64,000 bases of DNA from Bugula neritina (Eukaryota; Animalia; Bryozoa). The stretch covers positions 9,988,973 to 10,052,972 of the forward strand of contig OZ037770.1 of assembly GCA_964035545.1 (NCBI GenBank), given 5' to 3'. This document shows positions 40,206 to 53,300 of this stretch, piece by piece. The notes under the pieces are model-generated. The model had not been told where the DNA came from and searched no databases. It saw only the letters and a program-made list of their open reading frames with translations. How positions within the stretch are numbered: the first letter of the stretch is position 1; each line of letters begins with the position of its first letter. The position numbers and the translations under genes were made by a program.

Positions 40206-42295
40206 TATATGTACAATATATATAGGCAGCTCAGCTTAAACCATACATACATAAGCAGACTATGCATATATTAATTTCCCTTTACTTTAGTTTGGTATTT
40301 CCCTTCTTTTCCTAATAACACTTATATAATATAGTAGCTGATACTTATGCCACTTTATATTACTATAAATAAGCAATTATTGAAATAGCTATGTATAGTA
40401 ACTTTCTCAATCATTGCTAAACAATATTATCTCATCTTCCTAAAGCAATTAATGAAGGGTGTAAAAGTATTACACAATCCAGAGTAAAAACTAATTAGTT
40501 AGCCTAATGTGTATTTAGCCAATAGCATAGCTTCTAATACAATTACATCTCCAAGGGTTTGATGCTATTTTGTAAATACTATATTCAGGCTGATGTAAAT
40601 TTAGCTAAAAGTCTTTTCTTAGACTGTAGACAAGTGGTTGTGTTTCATAATTTAGAAATTGTTGCAGTTTGCTGACCCCAAAGCTATTTTTGCTTACCGA
40701 TGAAATATCAGCTAGTACTTCTTACTACTAAAGTAATTAATATTGGATTCTGCATTTACAGTAAACTAGAAAGAAAAGGGTAGGCATGCTCAAACTCATC
40801 TTTTCCTATTTCCAGTCCCTTGCACTCATAATAATTTTGTATTTTTTCTCAAATGCAGAGGAAAGGCTTTAATTATTTCCGAATTTAGGTGTTTGCCACT
40901 TGGTGTTTTTACCTCTCAACTTCCAGGCACCTCCCAAAAAGCCAAAGACACTACCTTGTACCAGAGCTGTTACCAAAACTGTGTCTCAGTCGTTTAGGTA
41001 ATTAGGTACAAGCAGGTCTAATAGTAATTGTAGCTTGTTGTTGTTTTCAAATTTTAGCTCTATTAGTCATTTATTATTTATAAAATTTTAAATAGTCATT
41101 AAACTCATTAAAGGGGTGTAAGTAGGCAATAAGCTACTGGCTTAATTAGCAATATATTAAACTCACCTGGTTTACTTTTTGTTTTGTGAATTAAATTTTC
41201 CCTAAATTTAAGCATTAAGCTATTTTTCTCATTAAATATACCTGAAAACCATTTACATGAAAATTGGGAAAATAATGGTGTGTGTTTACTTAATCTGCAT
41301 AAAAAATATATGCATTTGTGACAACAAATATTTCCAAAATTCCACAAATCCACATTTATATCAATTTTGAAAAAGTAACTTTAAAGTATAATATACAAAA
41401 TAGTAATATTTTATTTCTATTATAGTAATATAGCCTGCAATATATGTTTTAATTGCTGTAGAAATAAAAGCATGCACATCTGTCACAGGTTTGGCTATTG
41501 TAGTCCCAGATAGAGATTAATTACCATAAAGAAGTGCTGAGTGACAGCTAGTAGTAGTAAATGGTAATTTTGCCAGAAGGAATGAATTGTAAAAACGGGT
41601 CAAGAAGTTCAGGTCATAATTGCCAAAAACGTCATTTACATGCGAGGAATGTTGCCAAATTCTTCCCCATGATGACTCATTGCCATTTTATGACATCTCT
41701 GCGTTGACCTTAAAATAATTAGAGCTAAATTAAAGCTTTAGAGAGTCACCATGTACCACCAGATGGCTCTCTATATGGAATAACAACTAGGAAGTCAACA
41801 AAATCTGAATCATCTAACTTTAGTATCTGAACAGTTAATCTCCATGCAGGTCACACTTTTTACTGTTTAGTAACAGTTAAGTGATTTTCTAAAGTTATAA
41901 ATAAATCCATATGTATGTCTTTATGCCAACTTTTTTTAATAATTAATCCATTTTCACAAAGTTTTTGTATCATAACAGTTAAACCTAGAAGCAGTAGTTA
42001 TTGCTAAATAACTTCGATTACTCACAACATACTCCAGCAATAACTTCATTTACCCTTTTATTTGGTTTAATTATTTTTGAATACTTTAATACCTAAATCT
42101 TGTGCTGCTATATAATTGCATATTTAAAATCTTCAGTATAAAAGTCATATATAAAAATAACATTTTTATATTTGTTTCTAGTTATTTAGTGATAAAATAG
42201 ACATAGAAAATGAAAGTCTACAGCAGCTTATAGACAGCTTTTGGTGCTACACACTGAATAGTTCTTTGTTTAAAAATGTTAATGAAACAAATTCA

Positions 42296-42425
42296 TATAC
42301 ACTTACATTACTTATTATATTATATATACACTTATATTACTTATTATATTATATATACACTTATATTACTTATTATATTATATATACACTTATATTACTT
42401 ATTATATTATATATACACTTATATA
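42296..42425. repeat. 29-bp AT-rich minisatellite, ~4 copies
   Basis: CACTTATATTACTTATTATATTATATATA. Confidence 0.9.
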
Positions 42426-43066
42426 ACTTAACCGAAATAAAACTGCAGTGAGAAATTTGATTTAATCATTTTCAAAGTTTGAAAGAATTAGTAAACCATG
42501 TATAGAATGTTTTGCACTAAAGTTTAACGATTTACAGGTGCTGTTATGACAGCTCTACTTGTTTGGCAGTTGTGTTTAATTTTCAAGGATTTCAGCTATT
42601 CAAAATATCTAAATTCCTGAATAAAAAGTAAAGGTGTGCAATGGATGCTTTATGAAGACATCAATGCAGTTGTAGCCATAATTCCAAGACATCTCATTAA
42701 GACACTTGAGCCCTCCCATGTGTTATAATCCATATTTTCCGAGAGCACAATTCCTTGTTGAGTTATAGAGCAAATAGTTCCCAAGCTCTTTATGTTAAAG
42801 TACATGTAGCATAATAGAACAAAATAACTTTCAGATTTTACACTGATTGAACTCTCTGTTGTATGCACTCAAATGAATAACTATTTTCATCTAGAATACA
42901 GCGAAATTTTGCGATAATGCTATTCATATTACATCATATTTTATACCTAATTGACTATGTACTTCACAGCAATTACACTGTCATCTGTATTGAAAAAATC
43001 TCTTGGTTAGATTAGAGTCACAGTATTTTATTAGTATAAATTGTTTTTTCCTTGCAGTTCGGCAAA

Positions 43067-46000
43067 ATGTCTACCACTATCTGTACCAGCTGCACGGGTT
43101 CCTTAATGGGCAAACGTTATGTATTGAGGGACGACAAAGCTACTTGCCTGAAATGCTACGAGACAAAGTTTGCTAACAAGTGCCAGAAATGTAAGACAGC
43201 AATTGGCACTGGTTGTAAGGTAAGCTATGCATAATGTTTCTACTCGTGATGTTTCAATAATATCTGACGTTCATTTGCTAGTATCTATTTATAACTAATT
43301 CCACAATCTTCCGTCTGCAAAGAACTAAAATACTTATCATGCAGCAAAGAAAACTAAGTTGTGCTAAGCATTAATGTGAAGGATTATAGAGTTTTATATT
43401 ACTACTTCCACCAGTGCCACAGAGCTTTAAGAAATTCCGGGACATGCTTAGCAAGACCTAAATAATGCAGTGAGAAATTTATATCTTTCAAGTGACTATT
43501 TAAAATCCATTATTCATCTACCTGTCAATTTCTAGACAAACTATTTCTAATAGGTATACCTAGGCTTGATTAGACTATAACTCCAGGTTTGATGAAAGAT
43601 TCAGTTCTCACTTATGTAGTCCTTATGAGTTATTTCTCAGTTGCTGTGAAATAGATGGCTTCGTGTGACACAAGAGAGCATGAGTGATAAAGTATGATGA
43701 CTAGTATAAAGCGTTTTCTCACTTCTTATTTGTATATTGTTTTTAATAAGATCAAGATAAAAGTGATTTGAGTGAGCCTAATGTAATAGTACTGCTGAAG
43801 CAAATTCTTTTGACCTAAACATAAAGTAAATCAGAATACTGTTTGTACCAAAAATCTAAACTTCACCACCCTGTAAGTTTCAAAACTTGTATGGCTCAAC
43901 CTATTGTGATGAATAACACATTTCTACACCAATTTCAATCAATTTTCTATGTGCAACAGGAAAAAATAGACCATCATAATTTCTGCATACTTCTATATTA
44001 ACATTGCTGTATTCTGAGCATATATGCTGACTGTTGCTGCAGATTTGTTATTGAGTAATGTCATAGATATCTTCAGAAGCCAAGAGTTGTATAATACTGT
44101 GATACTCATTAGAGGTACTTGGGTTTAATTATCCTATTACCTGATCAATGAATGAACAACCTGCCAACAGTGCTCATGAACTTCTACTAATATTATTACA
44201 CAATTGCCGGAAACTGTTACATGCAGCTACTATTGAGGTGTAAACCACTGCCCTGCAGCAAATGCAGACAGTAAACCACTGTCCTGCAGCAAATGCAGGC
44301 AGTAAACCACTGCCCTGTAGCACATTTAAGCAGCAAACACAGCTTCATAGTCTCTACGTCTCACACACCCAAACTGATTCAGCTCCTCAGTGAAGCACAA
44401 ACTTTATTGGCTGCTCAGCAGTCTTGAGGAATTTCATCTCCAAGTCTGGCAGAACTTAAAACTTATAAACCAAAATTCAGATTGAGTTGCAAACATTTCA
44501 ACTGCGTTTTTTATGGAAAACTAAAATTTAGGTTACAGAAAATACAAAAGAACCCATTCCTGTCTGTTTTAAAAATCAATGGGAGATAATTCACATGACT
44601 GCAAATTATGATTACATATTCAACTCAGCTACAACTAGAAATAAGTTGACAATCTGTATAATCTCCCGGAATATTTTATTTAGTTGAGGAATTTTCTAAG
44701 TTGCTGAGCAATGGAAGTAAACTTAGTGTAGCTTTCATATTCAGTTTATTCCTCCTCTATACATCTCAGCACTAACACACTGATCGGTGCTATAACATAT
44801 ATTATTTATAACATATTTTGCATTCATTGTTGCTATAAAATATGTCACTTATAACATAATTCACATTTATTGACAGATATATTGATGCAATAAATAGCGA
44901 TTCACTTTGATTGCATGTAGAGGTTTCTTTTACGGTGAAGGCTGTTTATTTGTTGCATTTGATATTCCATAAAATCATTATAAGATATTATAAAATACTT
45001 CAACATTTGTTATTTATACCTACATACCCCAGAAATTATCAATAAGTAAACAGTGAAATATTGCCAATACAGCTTGAATAAGGCCTATTGTTCAGCATAA
45101 AAGATGAGATAGATATATGCTGCTACACAAATATTGTAAAGATACAGATATATTATAATACAGTCATACAGTGATGCAAATAACATATACCTGTATATAA
45201 TACATTATAGTAATAAAACTTATAACCTATATCAGTCTACTACATAATATACTATTCTATTGCATAGTATACAAGTATACAGCATGATATATGAGCGTAA
45301 AGCAGGTAATATGGAAATATAACTTAGAAAACATGGGAGTAGAACACATAATATATGTTTATACTGCACAACATTCTTGGAATCTCAGTTTGATAGTTTC
45401 TGCCTGGAGTAACTCACATAATTATGTAACCTTTATAGCTACTATCTATATAGTTATATGATGATGTGAAGCCTTTCATTTGTTATTATACTAAATGATG
45501 GAAGATAAAAGCTGCAGTAATTAGTCAGTGTACGATGCAATACCATACTATACCATTACATTGATATCTAGAGCTGTTGCTTCATACAGTGAATTATGCA
45601 AGCTGTTTCCAAAAGCAATTTCGCCTTAATTGGTATTATTACTAGATAGAAATGCTTTGATACTTGGTGCCTTTAGCTCTATAACTGTAGATTAGTATTA
45701 GATAGTTTTAAAATCTACCAAAAAGCAAAGCTATATCACATATTATACGCATGAAAGAAGACATGTCTTGTTAATGCAATGTCATTTCGGTGTGGAAATG
45801 GAGAAGTTTTATTAGCCTAAGATTTTTCATTATGCTATGATTTTAGTTTGGGCCCTGGGTTGAAACTATCAACATGTTAATGTTTTTTTTAGAAAACAAG
45901 CTTTCTCGCGTTTTACTGCACATACATCTGAAATATTATCTACAATGGGTTAAAAAACTTCCTGCTAACTGTTTAAGCTTTTTCCTGATTTGTAAAATTC

Positions 46001-49000
46001 ATTTTTATTCCTATTACGTAATCTCAAATCACTAATTACAACATTTTAGCAATACTAAAGTGAAAAACAATTTTGCCTCCACTGGGAATCGAACCCTGCA
46101 AGCAAGTGTGCTACCATCACACCACGGAGGCCACTGGGTAAACTCAACACTACATCCCACCCAGTTCCCCGAACTCCACTGGCCTACCTACTACTCCTTC
46201 AGTCTTCAGGCTCTCCTGGCCTCTCCACTTCCTCGGAGTACTACTACTGCATTTTACTAAAGGCCCGAAATAGCTTGAAAAATAATTGCCCCCACTGGGA
46301 ATCGAACCCGAGACCTCCAGCTTGCAAGCAAGTGTGCTACCATTACACCACGGGGACACTGGGTAAACATAAATTAAGTGAGCTGACAAGTACCTCTAAC
46401 AAGTATGCACGCAGTTGCAATATGTACATGTATATGCATCCATCCTTTTTATATAAACCGAACCATTAGTAGAACCACTAGCGTGCTACAAAGTTTTTAA
46501 ACTGTGCAATAACCATCACATAAAAGACCACCTGAGAATGAGCCTTGAAAAAGATTATTTTTTTGACATACATTATTTTAGTTGCGGTCAGCAATAAATT
46601 GTATTTTAAGCCTCTGTTTCCATGCCCAGTTGATCTAACCTTTGATGATTACATGACGGCCTAAGAGTCCTACTAGTATAATTATATATTTTAGGGTAGA
46701 CAAGTAAATGCACAATGAATAGTGTGATATTTTTAAGAAGTGAATAGTCTAAAAATCATTACAGGAAAACAAATAAATGTAATCCTTGTATTAGTGATTG
46801 TTGTCCTTTACTAAAGTTGTGGCTAACACAATGCTGTACTTGGACAATAATTGCCAATCAAGGAAGTGGAAGCTTGAGAGCCTGGTTAGTGTCTCATAAC
46901 GAGAGCTGCTAACTTTGTCTGATCAGAAGCATTAGTGGTAGTGTTGGTAGTGCTGAGTTTACCCAGTAGTTTTTGTGGTGTAATGGTTAGTGTGCCTGCT
47001 TGTAAGGTGGGGGGGGGGGTTCTCAGGTTCGAAACTTAGTTGGAGCAAAAGTCTTATAATTAATTCTATAAAAACACATGCTCACTCACTCACGCAAGCA
47101 AGTTTATAGTCGCTATCCCTGTGAAAAACCCCTGATATTTAATTCTATAAATCAAAGTCTTATTGTAATGTCAAGTATCACTATAATTTGTTGATCATCT
47201 CTAAACAACATACCACGTGATAGTTCTAGTTAGAATGTTTAACTTGATTTGCCTCGATGCAGGACGTGACATACAAGGATGAGCATTACCACGAGAACTG
47301 CTTCCTCTGTGCCTGCTGCAACAAGACTCTGGCTAACACACAGTTCCTCACTCACGGCACCTCCCTGATATGCGAGAAATGCTATAACAGTGACTATGCA
47401 GAGACTTGTGATGTTTGTCGACTGTTATTTAAACACGGTAAGTGATGACAACTCCAAAACATGTACGACTTTTATAGAATAATGATTTATTTTCCTATTC
47501 CTGCTGATTTGATGAAAATATTTAAAACTTGAAATGCATTATGAATTGGAACTATACATTTCAATCATTCACAAATTCAAGCGTTGATTTTGCTGCGATG
47601 TATAGGAATGGAGAAGATTGAATATTCTGGGAGAAAATTTCATACAAACTGCTTTGTTTGCCTGAAATGTCACAAATGTATTGGACAGAACACCTTCATG
47701 CCAATGGGAGACAAGTTCATGTGCACAAACTGTTACAATGATAGCCATGCTTCTAAATGCGGAGGATGCGGGAAGGTGGGTGGTTCACAGGGGCCTCGTA
47801 TGCTGAAGTTTTGTTCTATACGTGAGACATGCTAAATCTGATTGCTTGATCACAGCTGCTGCAAGCAACGCTTTTCTAAGTCCAACTAGTAGTTCAAATA
47901 AATTAATTAAAAACTATTCACTAAACTGAATTAAGTTTGTTTAGCATGAGTTAGATGTCTTGAGTGTGCTTAAGGTGATTGTAGTGCATTAGCTACCAGT
48001 TGTAGTGGGTTTGGTGATGTGAAGCTACCTACGTACTACAGTCTGTAGTTTTATTGCTGAGATTGCTTATACTTTGAAAGAAGAGACACACCAGCCATAT
48101 TGTCCTGCATTCTGAAAGCTTACCGCATGCTGTTTGCAGATAATCTCCAAGTCGGGGATCAGGTTTGAAGGCTTGCTCTTTCACAAGGAGTGTTTTGTGT
48201 GCAGATCTTGCCGCACGTGCCTCGCAGGTGTTAAGTTTGCCGTGAGAGACGCCCATCCTTTCTGTACCGAGTGTTTTGCTAAGAAATTCTGCAAGAAATG
48301 TGAACTTTGCCTAAAACCAATTGCAGGTATGTTTATTATATTCAAGCATAAGAAGAATTGGATTTAGCTTAGGATAACAATTTCCCTGTAAACTTGCATA
48401 CATATTTTTCGCAAGTTTTTTATATCAAGTTATCTTGAAATCGATGCGTTGAACTTTTTTATGAAGTTCTACAGTTGTCTCAGTTGCATGTGTCTGAACT
48501 GCTTCAGGTGTAGTTTGGAATGAAATATTTGATTTAATTTTGAAAAGTAACGCTAGTAAAATAATGATGCAGTATGTGTACATGGCAAACAGTTTCGCTG
48601 AAGTTATATTAAAGAAAAATAACTGCTTTCTAAAGGCATGGTTTTTTAAATAGCATGTATTAGTTATTAATTTTATTCTATAAAAGGTTTGTTGGGGTAA
48701 ATCTGTACACAAGAAAACTAATTGTGCTGCAAGATCACAAAAAATTAACAAAACCAGTCAAATGCCACATCTTTATAACTTGATGATTTTTTAAAATGTC
48801 TTTGATTGCAGTAATCTGTATGCTATCTAATTATTTACATGGATAAGAGATGGTGTTATTTTGGCTCCGTTTTTGAATGTAACAATTGTTCATCTTTTAG
48901 GACTAGGTAGCAGTACCAAGTTTGTCACATTCGAAGGCAAACAGTGGCACTCCCAATGCTTCAGATGCTTTCAATGCACAAAGAATATTTCAGGCGAAGG

Positions 49001-49046
49001 CTTCTCTATAAAGAACTCTAAAATAGTCTGTGCTAGATGTGTGTGA
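43067..49046 (+). CDS. FHL2: Four-and-a-half LIM domains protein (FHL2/limpet-like), 276 aa
   Basis: Exons 43067-43219, 47263-47437, 47606-47775, 48140-48326, 48901-49046 (831 nt). Half-LIM CTSC..SLMGKRYVLRDD..CLKCYETKFANKC followed by four CxxC-H-C LIM zinc fingers, ending TKFVTFEGKQWHSQCFRCFQC. Orthology within the FHL family is uncertain. Confidence 0.92.
44240..44335. repeat. 31-bp tandem repeat, 3 copies
   Basis: GTAAACCACTGCCCTGCAGCAAATGCAGACA. Confidence 0.85.
46065..46370 (-). mobile_element. Two tandem tRNA-like repeat modules (family B)
   Basis: Minus strand GTTTACCCAGTGTCCCCGTGGTGTAATGGTAGCACACTTGCTTGCAAGCTGGAGGTCTCGGGTTCGATTCCCAGTGG at 46285-46368; a deleted copy at 46075-46147. 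Confidence 0.65.
46860..47050 (+). mobile_element. Degenerate family B tRNA-like repeat, inverted relative to 46065-46370
   Basis: GAGTTTACCCAGT..GTGGTGTAATGGTTAG..GGTTCGAAAC, plus a shared upstream leader AGGAAGTGGA..GAGAGCCTG. Confidence 0.55.
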
Positions 49047-50351
49047 TTACTTTTAGACATCAGTGTGTATGTTGATTAGTCTAACAACTTGAAAATATTA
49101 TATAGACAGTAATAATCTATCAGCTAAAATGTGCTATAACTATAATAATTTCGTGATATATTTTATATATGTATTTAATATTATTATATGGTTTTGTTAG
49201 AATGTTTTTCATTGCTTATGTCTCAGAACTTTTATTTTATGCATTGTAAATGCATGCAACCGCTAGAACTGTCATCAGCTACTTTAAATTCCAAGCACAT
49301 GCTTTTCCATACATACCCGCTTATGGGTGACTGGCTATGTGTGAGTGGATTATTCATTGTGACAAGTTCGCAGTCATGAAATGACACATACTTGCATTAT
49401 TTTATAGCGTTTAAAAAGAAACAATTAGCCATTAATATTTTAGTTTTTCAACCATGTGACTGTTGAATGATAGCTCACTTATCATACTGATAATTGTTGT
49501 CACGTAACTATTCACAAGGGACACGAATTCATACAATATTTTTGAATGGAGATGGAATTTTATTTTCAGTCTAATAGAGAGACAACTCCTAACAGCAAAA
49601 TTTTATTATTTTATATAAATTCTTTGCTCAGCATTAGCTATCTAGCTTTTTTGCAGTGTAAAATTTAGTTACTTTATGGAATATAAAATAAACTTTGAAA
49701 TAAATAATTTTTAAAACTTCTATAAAAGGTTGCAACTTCCTGATTGGCAAAGAGTTGCATTTAAAGTAAACTTTGTAGATCTCTTTGAAAATTTAAATTC
49801 TATTGCAATATGGCGTTAAAACATACAAGTTTAAAAACTGTTATTCTACTAATAGCTAATTTATTAGTAAAAACTAAAGTAAATTGCATTGCAATAATAT
49901 AACGATCATATATATTATACATTTCCATAATAATTTTAGATATTATTATCTTGAGTTTAGCCAACATTACAACTAGGAAAAGAATAGTTAAGCATATTTC
50001 GAATGCTAGAATAACATTATTGCTTATTTCAGTTTTTATATAAAAAGGACACAGCATACAAATTTATAGTTACATGTATACTAATAATAACATAGTATTT
50101 GTGTATCTAGTTGATGCTTCATGAATGATAAATTACATAACGAGGGTAAAAGTTCAATAATCAAACAAACGGGAATCAATCAGATAATTTCAATCAAATA
50201 GAGAAACAACTGGCAGGAATTAGGGGCAAATAGTGAACACATTAACATAGCATAGAAAACTTGAAATAAAATCTATAGATATACATTTAAGAGTATTGTT
50301 TGCAAGGTAACATTCTTCAATAAAATCAATATCCGAACAGCTAGCAATAGA

Positions 50352-53300
50352 CTAGAGCATGACCTCTTCAAGGTCATCGTCGAAATCATCAATAGCCCGA
50401 ACTGTAGGCTTATTGTGAATAGTTGTGTTGTTAGCGCGTGGGCGGAGGGGAAGGACTTTATCATTAGAAACTGGTTTAGAGTTGCTTTCCCATGGAAACT
50501 CTGATCTATCTCCCTGAGCTGCTGGTTTAGGTTTTTGACTAGTTGCAAAAATATCATCGCTATCGTCAAACAATGATGGCTGCTTGCGTGTTTGGGAATC
50601 TCCAAAAATGTTATTTAGGGTACCAGTTTTCTTAGCCCCGCTCACTGACGAGTCCTTGACCTTCCAAGTGTTGGTGTCCTCAGCCTCTAGCCTCTGTCTC
50701 GTCTGCTTATCCTGAGAGCCGAATGACGTCGGATCATATCCTCCAAAGTCTAACGAGTCATCGTCGTCAAACAGCGAGGTTTTCTTCTTTCTTCTACCTT
50801 CCTCACCAAAGAGACTACTGTTTCTCGCACCAGTTTTATTTGCTGGAAGACCACGATACAAGTTTTCATCTGTTTGCCGGAAGCTATAGGAATAAAAAAA
50901 GTATCGTGAGAAACTTCATGACGCTAAAAGCAGTCAGATTTAAATTTGCAGCAAACAGGGAGAGGTGCTTCAGATATAAGCAAAGGGAACTTTGTTTAAA
51001 AGTACACAAACCTGCTTTGAAGAGCATAATCAAGGAATAAATACTTCATTAAAATAAAATGAGAGCTTTATAATAGAGTCTGACAAACCCAGAAGTGTTG
51101 CACCTTTATAACTTAATTAACCTACTAGCTACGCCATCACCAATATGCGGGGCAGTATCAAGTAGATGAATTGCATATATAATGGCAATGCCTTTTGATA
51201 ATCTGTTTGCATGTGTTGATAAATACGAAAAATGACAGACCAAAACAGCCGTAAACAAAAAGTTGCGACTTTCTGTCTACAGAAATAACTGTTTGGTCAA
51301 CAGTGAGGCGGATATTGTTTGCAATCCTCTATACTGTCACTTTTAATGAATACCATAGCCCAAGTAGAGGCAAATCAATAGAGTTGAAGAAGAATGATCT
51401 CACAGGGAAAATGCTTCGGTAGATTAGAAGCAGAGTTTTATTAAAACTTAAACCATAAAAATGTCTGACTAAATTCAACATTTGAAATAAACAAGGAGCA
51501 AGCTTACAATCACTATAAGAGGAGATAACTTCTAATACATAACTTAGATCAGTAATAGTAATGAGAAAACAAAAGGATTTTAATGTTAAAAAGAAAGAAT
51601 ACAACTCCTAATGAAGAGAAGAACTCACTTATAATCTTTGCCTCGCTCTGAACCTTCTCTATCATCACCAGAAGTGAGGAAAAAGTCTCCGTTGAATAGA
51701 CCTTTAGAAGAGCTTTCAACTGCCTGCGGTTTTGACTTTGCGTTAATTGAGGGCGGGGTAACAGAGGAGCCTGTGGTACAATCAGGTTATAGGGCTAAGA
51801 ACAATGCAATGTATACATTCGAATTGTTCTATAAGCAGCTGTAAGTTGGGGGTGACTGAGTACAGTAGTTTGCGGTTCTCAATTTGAAGTTGGGGGTTTC
51901 AATTTTCCCCCCAACTCCAAACTCAGGAACTTTAAACGTCTGCACTAAATCACCCCAGCTCAAAGCTGCTTATAGAAAAATCCCATACATTCAGGCATCT
52001 AAAAGTGTAGTATATGCATTAATATACCTGTATATAGGCTATGCATATTCATATTTATTTATTATATAATCTAACCGAAATCTATTTCTTTCATTTTCTG
52101 TAGCATCAAATCTTTCTTTTTTCTTTCTTCAGCTGCTTTAGAATCTCTTTCTAGCCTTTGTTTTTCTTGTTCTCTAGCAATACGGGCTCTTTCCTCAGCT
52201 TCCTAAAATTGCCATTGATTTTGGTTTATATAATAGAAGAAGCTATGAAGAACCATGTATAAAAGATATAAAACTACAGGTTGCATCTATGATTCTGAAG
52301 ATCAAATAAAATGAGAGAAATCTTTCGTCAAACAACGCCGCTCTAGTCTTGTACATGTTTTCTTGACTACAATGAATCATGCGTGGTCCAAGGAAACAGC
52401 CATAACTAGTAGAGCACATGTTTAGATGAGTCACATAACAATCAGCCAATAAGCATCCAGTATACAGAGTGTCTCTACTCCATTCAGACCACCCACAATA
52501 TTGATAAGCAGACTAATAAACTAAATAGATGTGGCATGGTCAAAGAAATGCAACTCTATACAAAATCAGTAGCTACGCTTACAATATTATTAAATTTTTC
52601 CGTTATTAGAATCACCATAAGCCAGTTCAATAAATGAATGTGATATAAATCATTAAAACCAATGACCGCAGTAGCATTAAGGAATCAGAAAATCAAAAAT
52701 TTTACACTAAAAACTTATTCTAAAACAAGATAATCACAAAGATAGCATAGGACTACATTAAGTGCATTTTCGCATAGACTGCTAACAAGATCTTTTCATA
52801 AGTGGAGAATTGGGCTGCCTTGTGCAGATTTCATGCAATTAAAATGCTAAGCAAACACAGTGAAAAGATTCCTGCGGGAATGATCTTATTGACTAAAAAC
52901 TATTTAGGGAGCCCACTTTTTGCATTTCCTTTTTTATGTTTTATTATTTACTTTTACATTCCAATCAATTGTGTATTATTGAGTGGTGTTTCAACATGGT
53001 GTAGGGCAGTTGAGCAATCAACAAATACAATTGGTCAATGTAGTTTTTTCTCCTGCTGACAACGTATTGTGTGTGGCAGGCAAATCCCGCAGTGGGTTTT
53101 ATGCATATATATATGGTTTCTTACTTAATGTGCTCTTAGACTTAGTGGGACTCATACAAAGATTCAGATACAGGTGTGTGCTTTAGCATGCAAGAGTGCA
53201 CAACTTAAAAGTGACTGATTGAAGAGGTGAAGCTTTTACTCCGAGTAAATGAATTACTCAGCACTAGCTACAAAGGAAACCAGGTGCACTATGGGTATTA

